Notes under the pieces: generated by a model
What the model saw: the letters and a program-made list of their open reading frames with translations, nothing else
What the model was told of the DNA's origin: nothing
Database searches by the model: none
Origin: Octopus vulgaris
Lineage: Eukaryota
Assembly (NCBI GenBank): GCA_951406725.2
Contig: OX597819.1
Coordinates: 55,862,001 to 55,926,000 of the forward strand
Reading direction: 5' to 3'
DNA: 64,000 nt
Made by a program: the position numbers and the translations under genes
In this document: positions 26,846 through 48,830 of the stretch, piece by piece
How the letters are laid out: every line of letters starts with the position of its first letter
Position numbering within the stretch: the stretch's first letter is position 1

Positions 26846-27011
26846 TATATACGACGGCTGTATTTCAGTTTCCGTCAACCAAATCCACTCACAAGGCTTT
26901 GGTCAGCCCGAGGCTATAGTAGAAGACACTTGACCAAGGTGCCACGCAGTGGGACTGAACCTGGAACCATGTGGTTCGTAAGCAAGCTACTTACCATACA
27001 GCCACTCCTAC
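26670..27011 (-). mobile_element. SINE family B, 3'-truncated
   Basis: Match to family B head and internal microsatellite. Confidence 0.85.
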
Positions 27012-27385
27012 AAATCGTTGAAAAATTATTGTGATGGAAAGCAAAGATGTTCTTACACGCGCGCGCGCACACACACGTGCATGCATAAATACATACACAA
27101 ACGTAGATGTACATAATGATGATATCCGTGGGGCAGCTGCTGTTGGAGGCATGTTGGATTGTTGGTATGGCTGTTTTTGTATATGTGGAATAGAATTATA
27201 ACACATCCTTTTTATATATATATACACACACTCATTCATACATACATACATACATACATACATACATACATACATACATACATACATACATACATACATA
27301 CATACATACAAACATACATAACATACGTGATCTGATCAAAACGTATTGGGACTGACAGGATGAAAAGAAAACTACAACGCTAAAT

Positions 27386-27954
27386 ATTGGATTGTCCGGA
27401 AAGTTCGTGCCGATTTTTAAAGGTAAGAAAAAGGTCAATAAATACTTACCATTACATTTTTAATCAACCAAATATGAACCATTTTGTTGCACAATGCGTC
27501 TCCATCTTTCCTTTAACTTGAAAATACCCACTTCCCAGAATTGATGTGGCTTCATGGCAAAGAATTCATCAAGGTATCTTTTTACTTCATCCAAAGAATT
27601 GAAATTTTTACCATTAAGACTATTCTGCAGAGACCTGAATAAGTGGAAATCCGAAGGAGCAACACCTGGTGAATATGGAGGTTAGAGTAAAACATCCCAG
27701 CTGAGCTGCAGCAATTTTTGTCTGGTTCCCAAAGCATAAAGTGCCGAAAATGAACTTTCTTATCTTCCATTTTAAAGGGTTACAGAATTAACACAGGTTA
27801 TAGGAACGTAGACCTTCTTCCACAAAAAGATAACTTAAACTGTGCTCTAAATGGAAGTGTAGTCAAATCCTTGACTTATTTTGGAACATGATTGAGTCCA
27901 TAAAATAGGATTTGACTACACTTCTCAGTGTATAGATCTATAGATCGGCACGAA
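27386..27954 (-). mobile_element. Internally deleted mariner (second family)
   Basis: TIR ttggattgtccggaaagttcgtgccgat after TA; partial opposite TIR atcggcacgaa; MEDKKVHFRH N-terminus fused to PPYSPGVAPSDFHLFRSLQN...NGSYLVD* C-terminus. Confidence 0.85.
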
Positions 27955-28095
27955 ACACAAACGCAGATGTACATAATGATATCCGTGGGGCAGCTGATGA
28001 TGGAAGTATGTTGGATTGTTGGTATGGCTGTTTTTGTATATGTGGAATAGTATTATAACACATCCTTTTTATATATATACACATTCATCATACAT

Positions 28096-28128
<33 letters not shown>

Positions 28129-28407
28129 TACATACATACATACACACATACATACATATATACATACATACTTACATCCACGCATACACACATACATACA
28201 CACATACATACAGACATACATACATAAATACATACATACACACATACACATATACACACATACATACACACATACATACACACATACACATATACACACA
28301 TGCACACATACATACATACATACATACATACATACATACTTACATACTTACATACATACATACATGCATACATACATACATACATACATACATACATACA
28401 TACATAC

Positions 28408-28442
<35 letters not shown>

Positions 28443-28593
28443 CATACATACATACATACACACATACTTACATACATACATACTTACATACATACATACA
28501 CACATACATACATACATACACACATACACACATACATACATACGTACGTACATACATATAAATACATGCATGCATACAAACATACATAACATA

Positions 28594-29187
28594 CGAGGTC
28601 TGATCAAAAAATATCGGGACTGATAGAATAAAGAGAAAAAACTACAACGCCAAATACTTTATCCAGCATCATTTCCATTGATGGAAACATTCTTAGAACT
28701 ACGTTTTTTTTTTAGTAAATCGAGCAGCTGCCTCGTCGCATTCTTGTTTTATGTCTTGAAATCTTGTTTCTTTCAAGTGGAATTTCTTTCATGTCGTGGT
28801 TTCAGGGTCATAGCCATCGACGCACGATTCGTCACCTGTTATAACCATTTTCAAAAAGTTTTCGTTTTCCTCAACACCGATCATGTGCAGCTGAAAACCC
28901 GATCTTCTTTTTGAGACTACCGCACTCTACACTCTTTACTTCCAAGCATTGCCCATTCCCTCCAAACTTCGAGTTTTGAGGGAATGGGCAATTCCTATGA
29001 TCTTCGCACACCTTCTTGGATTCTCAGGTTTCCAGATCGAAAAGACTGATGCTATTATAAATTATGGAAGTGAGCGAGAACGTAATAACTTAGTGTGTAC
29101 GCGCGACAGACTTCAAGGTCAATTTGTGCCAAGCGGCTTCATTCTGCGTACCTATCAACAACCCCAATACTTTTTGATCAGACTTCG
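28594..29187. mobile_element. Mariner-type non-autonomous element (third family)
   Basis: TA|cgaggtctgatcaaaaaatat ... atactttttgatcagacttcg|TA terminal inverted repeats. Confidence 0.8.
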
Positions 29188-29219
29188 TATATGCATATAT
29201 AGATCCGTACACCTACATA

Positions 29220-29410
29220 TTGTTGGCTCTACGTCGGTTACGACGACGAGGGTTCCAGTTGATCCGATCAACGGAACAGCCTGCTCATGAAATTAACATG
29301 CAAGTGGCTGAACACACCACAGACACGCGTATCCTTAACGTAGTTCTCGGGGAGAATCAGCATGACACAGAGTGTGATAAGGCTGGCCCTTTGAAATGCA
29401 GGTACAACAG
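29220..29410 (-). mobile_element. 3' fragment of another interspersed (SINE-like) repeat
   Basis: Related sequence at ~9720-9775 (opposite strand) and ~12500-12660. Confidence 0.55.
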
Positions 29411-29575
29411 AAACAGAATAAATGTATATTATGGTAGTTTTCTTAACATGAAACTAATGGTAGCCTCACTACACAAATAATGAAATTTTATCCATCATTG
29501 CGGCGTTGAACACGCCTTCTCATTGTTCGACATTTACGTGTGTGTGTGTGTGCGTGTGTGTGTGTGTGTGTGAGT

Positions 29576-29626
<51 letters not shown>

Positions 29627-29650
29627 TATGTATATATATACATATATATA

Positions 29651-29821
29651 TTTTGTTTCTGGATTTGGTTTGCAAGATTATTTATGTGAATTCGTGTGTT
29701 GAAGCATATTCTGTTGTGTCTGGGGAGAGTCATTCACTTTTAGTGCCTTATAATTTAAGACACCGGTGAGTGTGTTAAGTTATAAGGCACTAAAAGAGAA
29801 TGACTCTTCCCAAACACAACA

Positions 29822-29826
<5 letters not shown>
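29651..29826. mobile_element. Fold-back element, same family as 6180-6488, shorter arms
   Basis: ggatttggtttgcaagatt...gttgtgtctggggagagtcatt, axis at caccggtg (29761-29768), flanked by TA-rich repeats. Confidence 0.85.
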
Positions 29827-29874
<48 letters not shown>

Positions 29875-31170
29875 AAAACAACACTATTGTATGATGATGA
29901 CAAGGACGATGACGATAACGATGACGATGTTGATTATGATGATGATGATGGTGACAAAATGGCGACGATGACAACGACGATGATGTCAACGATGATAGGT
30001 TCTAACGTTATGGGATTTATTATCAAACAACTGTACAGCATTTGAATGGATATCATTAGTTGTGGCTAATCATTTTGGCTGCATTGATCAGAAGTTCCCA
30101 TAAAAAAAGACTTCGAGTTTGGAGGGAATGGGCAGTTCCTATGATCTTCGCACACCTTCTTGGATTCTCAGATTTCCAGATCGAAAAGACTGATGCCATT
30201 AATGTTCCTTAGGAATTCTTGCAATTCAACAGCTGTAGGAAAGACATGAGTAGAAAGGGAATTCCGGCGTAATAACGTATTGGAAAAGTAAGGATTGGGC
30301 GGAGTAATTAGTGCAAGGTTTAGGAGCGGGGTTGGACACAATATAAGAATATAAGAAGAGGAGAGACGAGTGGGTTGGAAATGAGTGTTTGGAGGTAGCA
30401 TGGGGCCAGCCAGTACCAAAGCGAAAAGGTCATTATAGTAACATATAAATGCAGGGGTCTGATCAGCTGTTATCATTTTATGCCGGTCACCGTTGCGATG
30501 TTAACTATTCTCTGACCGTTCACTACCGATTTCCTCAGCAAAATCGAGATCACGGCGGCCCGCCTGAGAAACTAGTCTCGCGAGGTGGAGTGGCTGCTGC
30601 AGCGAATGTCGTTGGCCATTATCTGCGGCAGCGCCATCGCGGTAACGACGGCGGACCTCAGCTGAGCACGCCATATGTTCTGGGGTGTGTGACTCATTGC
30701 CCCCGCCCCCAATTTAGCTGCTTAACCCCACCTTTTCCTTTTTCTTTTTCTGTTTCTTTGTTTCCTTGTAATTAAATTGTGATTCAATAAAGTTTATAAT
30801 TACAAAGAAAACTTATCTGTTATAGGAACAATACAAAAGGCAGAAAGAGGAGTGCGCATCGGTAGGTCAAAGCGGGAACATGACTGTGAAGGACTTTCTA
30901 CCAATCAGTTAAGCTGGTCCTCTGCTGGATGAACTCTAAGATTGTGTATGTATACAATAGTAACCTTATCTTTGATGCGAAAGCGACACTCCATTGTAAG
31001 TCACACTTGAGATCCATACAGTATTAATAATTATTGGGAACGCACCATCCATCTTCAATGATACCAAATTTTTCTATCTCCATGCATTTTCTTGTTCAGA
31101 CTTGTAACACATTTCCAATATCTTTCAATTCAATTCAGTTCAATTCATTCATTCATTCACTCAGACAATT

Positions 31171-31204
<34 letters not shown>

Positions 31205-31677
31205 CCAATCATTCAATCAGTCCATCAGTCAATCAATCAATCAATCAATCATTATTGTGTGATACGATTCGATTTCAAATTATTTCAGTTAATTTCAAGC
31301 CGACCCTGTGCATTTTACTATCTCCCTATATTCTTACTAATTATATACTACAGTCAAGCAAGTTAATTACATAGTTGTTTAAATCTTGAACCATATCTTG
31401 GTTAAGTTTGTAGCAAAGACGATCTCAAAATCCTTTTTTATTTTCAGTGGTTGCGAAATATGCACATTATAAAAAAGAAAAAAAAATGAGAGAAAGAAAA
31501 ACAGAGAGAGAGAGGGAGAGAGAGAGAGTGAGAGAGAGAGAGAGAGAGTGAGAGAGAGAGATGTTAGTGCAGCAATTTCCGATGTCTGTATGAAAGAAAC
31601 TATGGAATCTCAAAATATGATAAATATAGCTGAAGAGATGCGAGTTCATGCTGTGATTTGAGTAAAATGTCGAATTT

Positions 31678-31730
<53 letters not shown>

Positions 31731-31753
31731 CCATCATCACCACCACCACCATC

Positions 31754-36202
<4,449 letters not shown>

Positions 36203-36344
36203 GTTGTTGTTGTTGTTGTTGTTATTGTTGTTGTTATTGTTGTTGCTGTTATTGCTGTTATTATCATTATTATTATTATTATTATTATTGTTGTTGTTAT
36301 TGTTGTTTTGATCATTGGTTCTCAACAGGGGTTTTTATGACTCT

Positions 36345-36495
36345 TGGGGGTAACTTAGCGGTTCGACAAAATAGACCGATACAATAAGTACTTACAAAGA
36401 ATAAGTTCCGGGTTTGATTTGCTCGACTAAAGGCGGTGCTCCAGCATGGCCGCAGTCAAATGATTGAAACAAGTAAAAGAGAGTAAAAGAGAGTA
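36345..36495 (+). mobile_element. SINE family B, 3' fragment
   Basis: gtaacttagcggttcg...gtaaaagagagtaaaagagag. Confidence 0.85.
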
Positions 36496-36699
36496 ATAAC
36501 ATTTAATTACAAAAATACAAAAGTAGGTCCATTGGCAAAGACGGATTGCGTACTAATGATCTGGGTGGTTCTGATTGAAACTAGGTGATCGATGAAGTCT
36601 GTAGAGTGCCACATGGACAAAATTTTGCGCCCGGTGCTTAGAGTAGAAAAGAACCTGGAGTTACTGGGTGTTTCGAGTCTTACAGCATACATCATCCAG

Positions 36700-37271
36700 G
36701 GGGAGGGGGAAGTCGATTACATCGACACCAGTACGCAACTGGTACTGAATTTATTGACCCCGAAAACATGCAAGGTAAAGTCGACTTCGGCGGAATTTGA
36801 ACTCAGAACGTATAAACAGACGAAATAACGCTAAGCATTTTACCCAGCGTGCTAACGTTTCGTATTTCTTTACTGCTCACAAAGGGCTACACATAGAGGG
36901 GACAAACAAAGACAGACAAACGGATTAAGTCGATTATATGTGCGTAAATGGTACTTATTTAATCGACTCCGAAAGGATGAAAGGCGAAGTCGACCTCGGC
37001 GGAATTTGAACTCAGAACGTAGCGGCAGACGAAATACCTATTTCTTTACTACCCACAAGGGGCTAAACACAGAAAGGACAAACAAGGACAGACAAACGGA
37101 TTAAGTCGATTATATCGACCCCAGTGCGTAACTGGTACTTATTTAATCGACCCCGAAAGGATGAAAGGCAAAGTCGACCTCGGTGGAATTTGAACTCAGA
37201 ACGTAACGGCAGACGAAATACGGCTACGCATTTTGCCCGGCGTGCTAACGTTTCTGCCAGCTCGCCGCCTT
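36700..37271 (-). mobile_element. SINE family A trimer
   Basis: Head at 37271, junctions at ~37038 (gaaatag|gtatttc) and ~36861 (gaaatac|gaaacgttag). Confidence 0.9.
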
Positions 37272-37399
37272 ATATATAATGGATTAGAGCTTTTATTCTG
37301 TCGCGCTGAATTCTGTTCGTCCTCATGGATCCATAAGTTTATACATGACTGTCGATCCATTTATCCGTCCGTCCAACACTTCATCCATCAAGCCGTCCA

Positions 37400-40640
<3,241 letters not shown>

Positions 40641-40949
40641 ACACGCCGAAACACGGACCGATAGCGGCATAACTGCACATAAATGTACTTACACGGAATC
40701 AGAGAGACAAATAGACATATAAGCACACACGCATGTAAATATATACACATAGAATGAGAAAGATTTAGATGAGATCCAGAACGATAAACGTTTCTCACAC
40801 ACACATGTAGATACACGGATGTAAAAACAGATATTTTCAGACACATGGATACGCTCACACACGCGCGCACACAAGAATAACAATGAAAGAAAAAAACAAT
40901 AAAAACATAATAATAATAACCGAAGACTGGAGGAATAAATGGGAATGAC

Positions 40950-41110
40950 ATCTGACCTTTAGCGGGTTCAATTGCAACCCGACTACGTCACAAGAACGCC
41001 GGCTTTTGATTGGCTGGTTATCACAGTAGTCTGACTCGAAACACAACAGTGTGTCAGCTCGCGCGTGTGTCTTGTGTGTAAAGAGAGCGAGCAGCACTTT
41101 TCCAGTCAGC
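40950..41110 (+). promoter_or_regulatory. Putative promoter of the downstream gene
   Basis: Start of a repeat-free, more CpG-rich island; CRE-like tacgtca (~40985) and inverted CCAAT box gattgg (~41008). Confidence 0.35.
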
Positions 41111-41809
41111 GTAACGTTTGCAGGGTATCAGAATTCGCCTTCACACCTTTCCAGTTTAGTGTACAGATGTGCCTGCCAGGCTAGCTTCGGCACTAAGAGG
41201 GGTCGGTATCCAATCAATGTCAACAAATGACCTCCCCAGAGACACTTGTGCGAACGCTTCTGACTCACATCCGAACGATTATGTATATAAACAGACACAG
41301 ACAGTCATCTACATGCGGACAATAATGGCATTAACTCTTGCACATTTATATACATAAACAGTCGCAGAATACTCACCTACATGCCATGCAGACAAAGGCG
41401 AAAACACTAATACAAATTATACAAAAACAGTCACATACATTCCATCTAGATGCGGAGAACGGCGTTAATACTAAGAAGCGGTCAAAACGCATCATTTAGG
41501 AAGCATTTTTTTCATTTTGTTCGAAGTGAGGAATACACGAGCGTGCAATTCGTTTTTTCCGTCTGTCGTCCCCTATTATAACAGGAATGTTAACATCCTT
41601 AACGTCAACACAGCTATCGTCTGTCAATAAAATCTTAACGGCAAGGAGGATACCGTGTACACTGTACCCAGAGCTTCTGGTATTGTTTGCTTTTGCACCT
41701 GTGCTATCTCTGCCGTGTCAGCGTGAAGTAGGAGTTGTTGCTCGCTTTCTATCATCAACAAGCCGGAAAAGGAGTGAGGATAACTCAAGAAGGTCGAGAC
41801 GAAGTGTCA
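41100..41809 (+). other. Putative non-coding first exon (start uncertain)
   Basis: Unique sequence ending at a donor-like ca|gtaagt (41810); candidate acceptor ttcattctacag| at 42442 ahead of the ATG. Confidence 0.35.
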
Positions 41810-41822
41810 GTAAGTGAGTGTG

Positions 41823-41880
<58 letters not shown>

Positions 41881-41964
41881 CGCGTGTGTGAGAGAGTGTG
41901 TGTGTGTGAGTGTGAGTGTGAGTGCGTGTGTGTACGTGTGAACGTGTGTGGGAGCGACTGTAAG

Positions 41965-42000
<36 letters not shown>

Positions 42001-42098
42001 GACGGATGAAACATGATATAACAGTCGGGGAAGATAGAGAGGGAAAGTGTGGAGTGAGAGAGAAAATGACGATGGGAGGTTAAGATGAAAGGAAGAGT

Positions 42099-42149
<51 letters not shown>

Positions 42150-42574
42150 AGGAGAGAAAGAGAGTTGAAAGTATAAGAAAATATAAAGTGTGATGTACTG
42201 AAGTATAAAAATCTATTATTTAAAAATGCATATCACAGACATAATCTCTGTAAAGTATAGTAAACATTTAGAACTCTTATTGAACACAGCGGATTCAATC
42301 TCTGAACATTTATTACTATTTTTTACCAATCGGACGACAAATCTGAAAAGGAAAGAGACATAAAACCAAATTGTTTTGGGGCACGTTTACTTATACTTCT
42401 TTAGTACCATTGTGTCACTTGACAAAATTATTCATTCTACAGTCAAGCCATCGATTTCCGCCGACAGATAAAAAACAAAGGAAGGAAAAAAAATTAAAAA
42501 AACAAAAACAAAAAAAAAAAAACAAAGATTTATCTAAGGAAAACCAAACAAATTAATAGATTCCTGTCCAAAGT

Positions 42575-43458
42575 ATGAGGATTTACTTTCGTCGTCTCCT
42601 TTTGATAACTTTACTATCACTTACAGTTTCCTTCTTATGGGTAAGCATTTCAAAAGAAGTTAGTGAAAGCAGAAGAGACAACAACAGCCGTAACCGACAT
42701 TCTCACTTTTCGACTAAAAACACTGACTTTTCACGAAAAAAAATCGCTAGAAAAAATTACACATCAAAGATAATTCGAACTTTTACTGCACCGTTAAATG
42801 AGCGGCGGACGAAGAAGAGCAACGATTCATCTTCCCGTCTACTTCATCAATCCACTCTATCCCGGAGGCGTTTAACAACGCGATACATCCGACACAGCAA
42901 TACATATTCGTCCATTCATATGAATAAAAATATTATTATTAATAATAATAATAATAATAATACTAATAAAAATAATAATACTAATAAAAATAATAATAAA
43001 AATAATAATAATAATAAAAATAATAATAATAATAATACATTAAGAAATATTCAACAAAATGTTAGTAAGATACAGTTAAAAAACATTGCTCCAAACAAAG
43101 CAGAGATTGACAATAACAACAAGAACGAGAAGCAACCTCGTGTTCAACGCCGAACGCTCGCGAAATACTTACCGAAAAGCGAATGTGGTACTATGCACGG
43201 AGTTCCTGAGGGAAAATACGAAACATGGCAGTTAATTACAAAAAGTAGGGATGCTTGGGTTTTTTCAGCATTCTATGAAAATTTGACCGGACCTTTCATT
43301 AGAATAATCGGTGCGAAAGCCCGCTGGATCTCATCGGATATACATTGTCAGCTATGGTTTAATGTAACCTCAGGCGGCGAGAACTCCACTGATACAAAAC
43401 TTCATCTGGTGGTTGTGTCTGCTTCTGTGAAGAACATACCAGAAGACCACGGCAGGAA
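42575..43458 (+). CDS. First coding exon of a type II membrane protein, probable glycosyltransferase family 92 (DUF23)-like
   Basis: Short basic N-tail plus hydrophobic anchor (RRLLLITLLSLTVSFLWVSI), low-complexity stem, then WQ...VFSAFYE...IRIIG...CQLWF...IPEDHGRK as seen upstream of GT92 domains in invertebrates; phase-2 donor aa|gtaagt at 43459. Confidence 0.75.
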
Positions 43459-43471
43459 GTAAGTGATAAAT

Positions 43472-43503
<32 letters not shown>

Positions 43504-44018
43504 CATAATTATAATGATGATAATAATAATAATAATAATCCTTTCTACTAAAGGTACAAAGCCTGAAATTTTTTTTTTTGGGGGGGGAGGAGATAGGCGA
43601 TTACATCGACCCCAAAGTTTCACTGGTACTTAATTTATCGCCCCCCCCCCCGAAAGGATGAAAGGCAAATAGTTATGCAAATTTAGAAAAAACTGGTTTA
43701 TGTCATATACATACATACATACATACATATACACAAACACATGCATTCACACATACACACAGAAACAAAATACACGCGTGTATAATTTTGCGTTATACAT
43801 ATAAACATCACAAAGACAAATCACAAACTATCATAATATTAACAGAATTGTTTACATTGAAATGTGGCCGGCAGCTATCCCATTCTCATTCATGTAAATT
43901 AGTCTTTACGTGAGCAATGTTTTCTCTGGCCTTTAAAATAAGTGAACATGTCTATTTTCATTCTGCATTTTCCCGTTTAAATAAAGCTTCGTTTTTAAAT
44001 ATATATATATACAAACTG

Positions 44019-44070
44019 GGACAAGAACGCAAAACATTTAGAAGACGATACAAAAAACACAGACGGGACA

Positions 44071-44122
<52 letters not shown>

Positions 44123-44240
44123 CAGCCGAAATTACTACGATGATCCGGTTCTTGACTGAAGACTGAGGGTTTCGAATGTCCTGTCCGTGTTTATTGTGTC
44201 GTCTTCTAAGAGTTATACGTTCTTGTCCATGTTGTATTTT
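44019..44240. mobile_element. Fold-back element with (TA)n in the spacer
   Basis: 44019-44071 is an imperfect reverse complement of 44176-44228; flanked by (TA)n; family shared with 1-370. Confidence 0.75.
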
Positions 44241-44250
44241 TCTACATACC

Positions 44251-44299
<49 letters not shown>

Positions 44300-44309
44300 A
44301 CGTGTGTGT

Positions 44310-44575
44310 ACAAGCCCGCCATATATATGTTTATATGCATGTGTATGTGTGTGTATATCTTTGTGTGTCTGTGTTTGTACCCACCAACATCGCTTGACAA
44401 CCGATGTTGGTGTGTTTACGTCCCCCGTAACTTAGTGGCTCGGCAAAAGAGACCGATAGAATAAGTAACTAGGCTTACAAAGAGTAAGTCCTGGGGTCGA
44501 TTTGCTCGACCAAAGGCGGTGCTCCAGCATGGCCGCAGTCAAATGACTGAAACAAATAAAAGAGTAAAAGAGTAT
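44310..44575 (+). mobile_element. SINE family B, 3' half
   Basis: aacatcgcttgacaaccgatg...aaaagagtaaaagag. Confidence 0.85.
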
Positions 44576-45885
44576 ATATATATATATATGAAGAGAGGAG
44601 GAGAGAGACAGAGCGCAAGAAAAGCGACAAAGAGAGAGAGAGAGAGCGATGTGCGTGTGTGTTGTGTCGGCAGTAATACGCTAACAGGCCTAAACTTCGA
44701 AGTCACAGTTTACACTCTTTTTGTAAAAGTATAATATTGAGTAATTATTCAGTTCTTCTTCATTTATTTTAATACTTGTTTCGGTCATTTGACTGCAACC
44801 ATGCTGGAGCAACCACCTTACTGTAAAATTATCTTCATTGTAACTGGTCATTAATATACATACATACATACAAGCATGCATACATGCATACATACACATA
44901 CACGCACGTACATAATACACACATCATACATGCATACATGCAAACATACATATATATATATATATGTGTGTGTATCAATGTATACATTAGGTGAAAGAAA
45001 CGGAAAATGGATTTGGTGCGAATGTTTATTCATCGCGACGTGTGTGTGTGTGTATGTAAGCATTATGTATGTATGTATGTATGTATGTATGTATGTATGT
45101 ATGTATGTATGTATGTATGTATGTATGTATGTATGTGTGTATGTATGTTTGTATGTATGTATTATGTATGTATGTATATATATGTGTGTGTGTATGTATG
45201 CATGCATGCATGTATGTATGTATGTATGTGTGTATGCATGTATGTATGTATGTATGTGTGTAAGCATATGTATGTATGTATGTATGTATGTGTATATGTG
45301 TGTATGAATGTATGTATGTATGTATGTATGTATGTGTGTATGTATGTATGTGTGTATGTATGTATGTATGTATGTATGTGTATATGTGTGTATGTATGTA
45401 TGTACGTATGTCTGCATGTGTATACGTTGTTATGGAGAGATAATTTTTGTGTGCAGGTAGCATATAGCAAACCGGTGTCACTCCAGCTGTGGCCAGAAAC
45501 ATATAGACAGGACATTTTTATATTTTTCAAATACGGTATGAATTTATTGATGATGCAAGCATCCATGCATATGTAAAAAGAGACAAACGCACACACACAC
45601 TCACACACACACACGCACACGCACACACACACACACACAGGCACATTGACTGTACGTTATCTTCAATAACATATGTTCACTTGAACACGTACACACGTGC
45701 ATATGCATGTGTATGTGTCTGTATACATACAGACACAGACATATATACATATATCTATATTTATATATATATTACATACCTGCATACATATATACATACA
45801 TACATACATATATATATATACATATATGGATGCGTATATATATATAAACTAGAGTAATCGATAAGAAGCACACACACACATATAT

Positions 45886-46712
<827 letters not shown>

Positions 46713-46782
46713 GTGTAAAAAAAGTATACACGCATGTTTATGTTTATGTTTATGTATGTATATATATATATATATATATATA

Positions 46783-46836
<54 letters not shown>

Positions 46837-47499
46837 TATGTAAGTATGTATATGTATATCTATTTGTCTGTCTATCAGTATGTATATGTGTGTATGCATG
46901 TGACGATGTAGTATTACATGTGGCCAAGTGGTTATGGTGTTCAACTCACATCTGTACGTTCATGGTTTCGACACCCGGACAGGGCAGCACGTTGTGTTTT
47001 TGAGCAGAACATTCGTTCCGACGTTGCTTCGCTGAAAATGAATAGCATCATCATCATCATCATCATCATCATCGTCATCATCGTCATCATCATCATCATC
47101 ATCAGCTGGAAGTTAACGCTGCGATGGCTTCGAGTCCCATCCAGGGGTGAGAACTACGTTCTCGGTCGCTTGTACGCTTTGGAAACCGGTTCAAGCGCCG
47201 ACCCATTGAGCCTTTACATTCGCGACAGATCGTTTCTCTCTTGTCAGGCAAGTGTCATCTCCGTATTGCACCTTGCCCGTCCATGTGCACGCAGGTGAGT
47301 CTTCAGCTCAGCTTCCGTTCTGCAAGAGCAGTCACAGATGAAACACTTGAAATATCTGTCTCCCAGCATCACCGTTACATTTCTGACCCCATGTAATTTT
47401 ACCCTGCCTGGCAAGTCTCCTGACTAGCAAATTAGGCGTCACTCAATAAAAAATGTGCTGCGAAGGACGGTGGTAGCAGAAGCATCTTGATAAACAGCT

Positions 47500-47861
47500 T
47501 CTTATTCCTTATTCCTTATTTCTTTATTGCCCATAAGGGGCTAAACATAGAGGGGACAAACAAGGGACTAAGTCGATTACATCGAACCCAGTGCGTAATT
47601 AGTACTTAATTCATCGACTCCGAAAGGATGAAAGGTAAAGTCGACCTCGGCGGAATTTGAACTCAGAACGTAGTCGCATACGAAATACCTATTTCTTTAC
47701 TACTCATAAGGGGCTAAACACAGAGGGGACAAACAAGGACAAAGGGATTAAGTCGATTATATCGACCCCAGTGCGTAAATGGTACTTATTTAATCGACCC
47801 CGAAAGGATAAAAGGCAAAGTCGTCCTCGGCGGAATTTGATCTCTGCCAGCTCGCCGCCTT
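47500..47861 (-). mobile_element. SINE family A dimer with head deletion
   Basis: Junction gaaatag|gtatttcg at ~47688; terminal (GGAATAA)n-like tail. Confidence 0.85.
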
Positions 47862-47897
47862 AATATACTTCTTGACAAAACCCGGTTCATGTGCATA

Positions 47898-47960
<63 letters not shown>

Positions 47961-48385
47961 GCATAGACTCTGACATGCCTCCAGATTGCGCTCTGTCCAG
48001 TCTGGATGTGAACAATGTCACTCCACGAAAAATCCAGCGCAAGACAAAATGGTAATGCGCAGGCATGTGTATACGGAAATAAGATAGCAAACACATGTGC
48101 TCAAAGATAGCCATCATCATCTTTATTTAGCAGGGATGACCCCACCCCCACCACCTCGGTCGCGAAAAACAAAACAAAAACAAACAAACAAATGCAAAAA
48201 TTTGGGTAAATAAATAAAAAAAAAAAGCGTAACTGTGTGGTTAATTAGTTCGCTCTGCAACCTCGTGGTTTTGAGGCGTGAGACCTTCGGCAAGTGCCTT
48301 CTACTATAAAGATCCAGGCTGACCCAATGCCTTGTGAGTGAATTTGGTCGGTGGAAATTGTGTGGAAGTCCGTTGTGCGTGTGTG

Positions 48386-48438
<53 letters not shown>

Positions 48439-48441
<3 letters not shown>

Positions 48442-48567
48442 CACAGCGTGGCAGGTAAGAAGCTTGCTTCCCAACCACATGGTTCCGGGTTCAATTCCAC
48501 TGTGTGGCACCTTGTGCAAGTGTCTTGTGAGTGGATTTGGTACACGGAAACTGAAAGAAGCCCGTCG

Positions 48568-48627
<60 letters not shown>

Positions 48628-48830
48628 CTTGTGTGTGTCTGAGCTTGTACCTCCCCATTATCGCTTGAAAACCGATGTTGGTGTGGTTACGCCCCCGTCA
48701 CTTAGCGGTTCGGCAAAAGAGACCGATAGAATAAGTACTAGGCTTACAAAGAATAAGTCCTGCGGTCGATTTGTTCGACTAAAAGTGGTGCTCCAGCATG
48801 GCCGCAGTCAAATGACCGAAACAAATAAAC
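48439..48830 (+). mobile_element. SINE family B
   Basis: Head, internal microsatellite and tail present; older head fragment at ~48225-48375. Confidence 0.85.

Noticed and set aside
47248-47294. Small AG...GT-bounded candidate exon
   Set aside because: Translation (QVSSPYCTLPVHVHA) shows no family resemblance and no independent support
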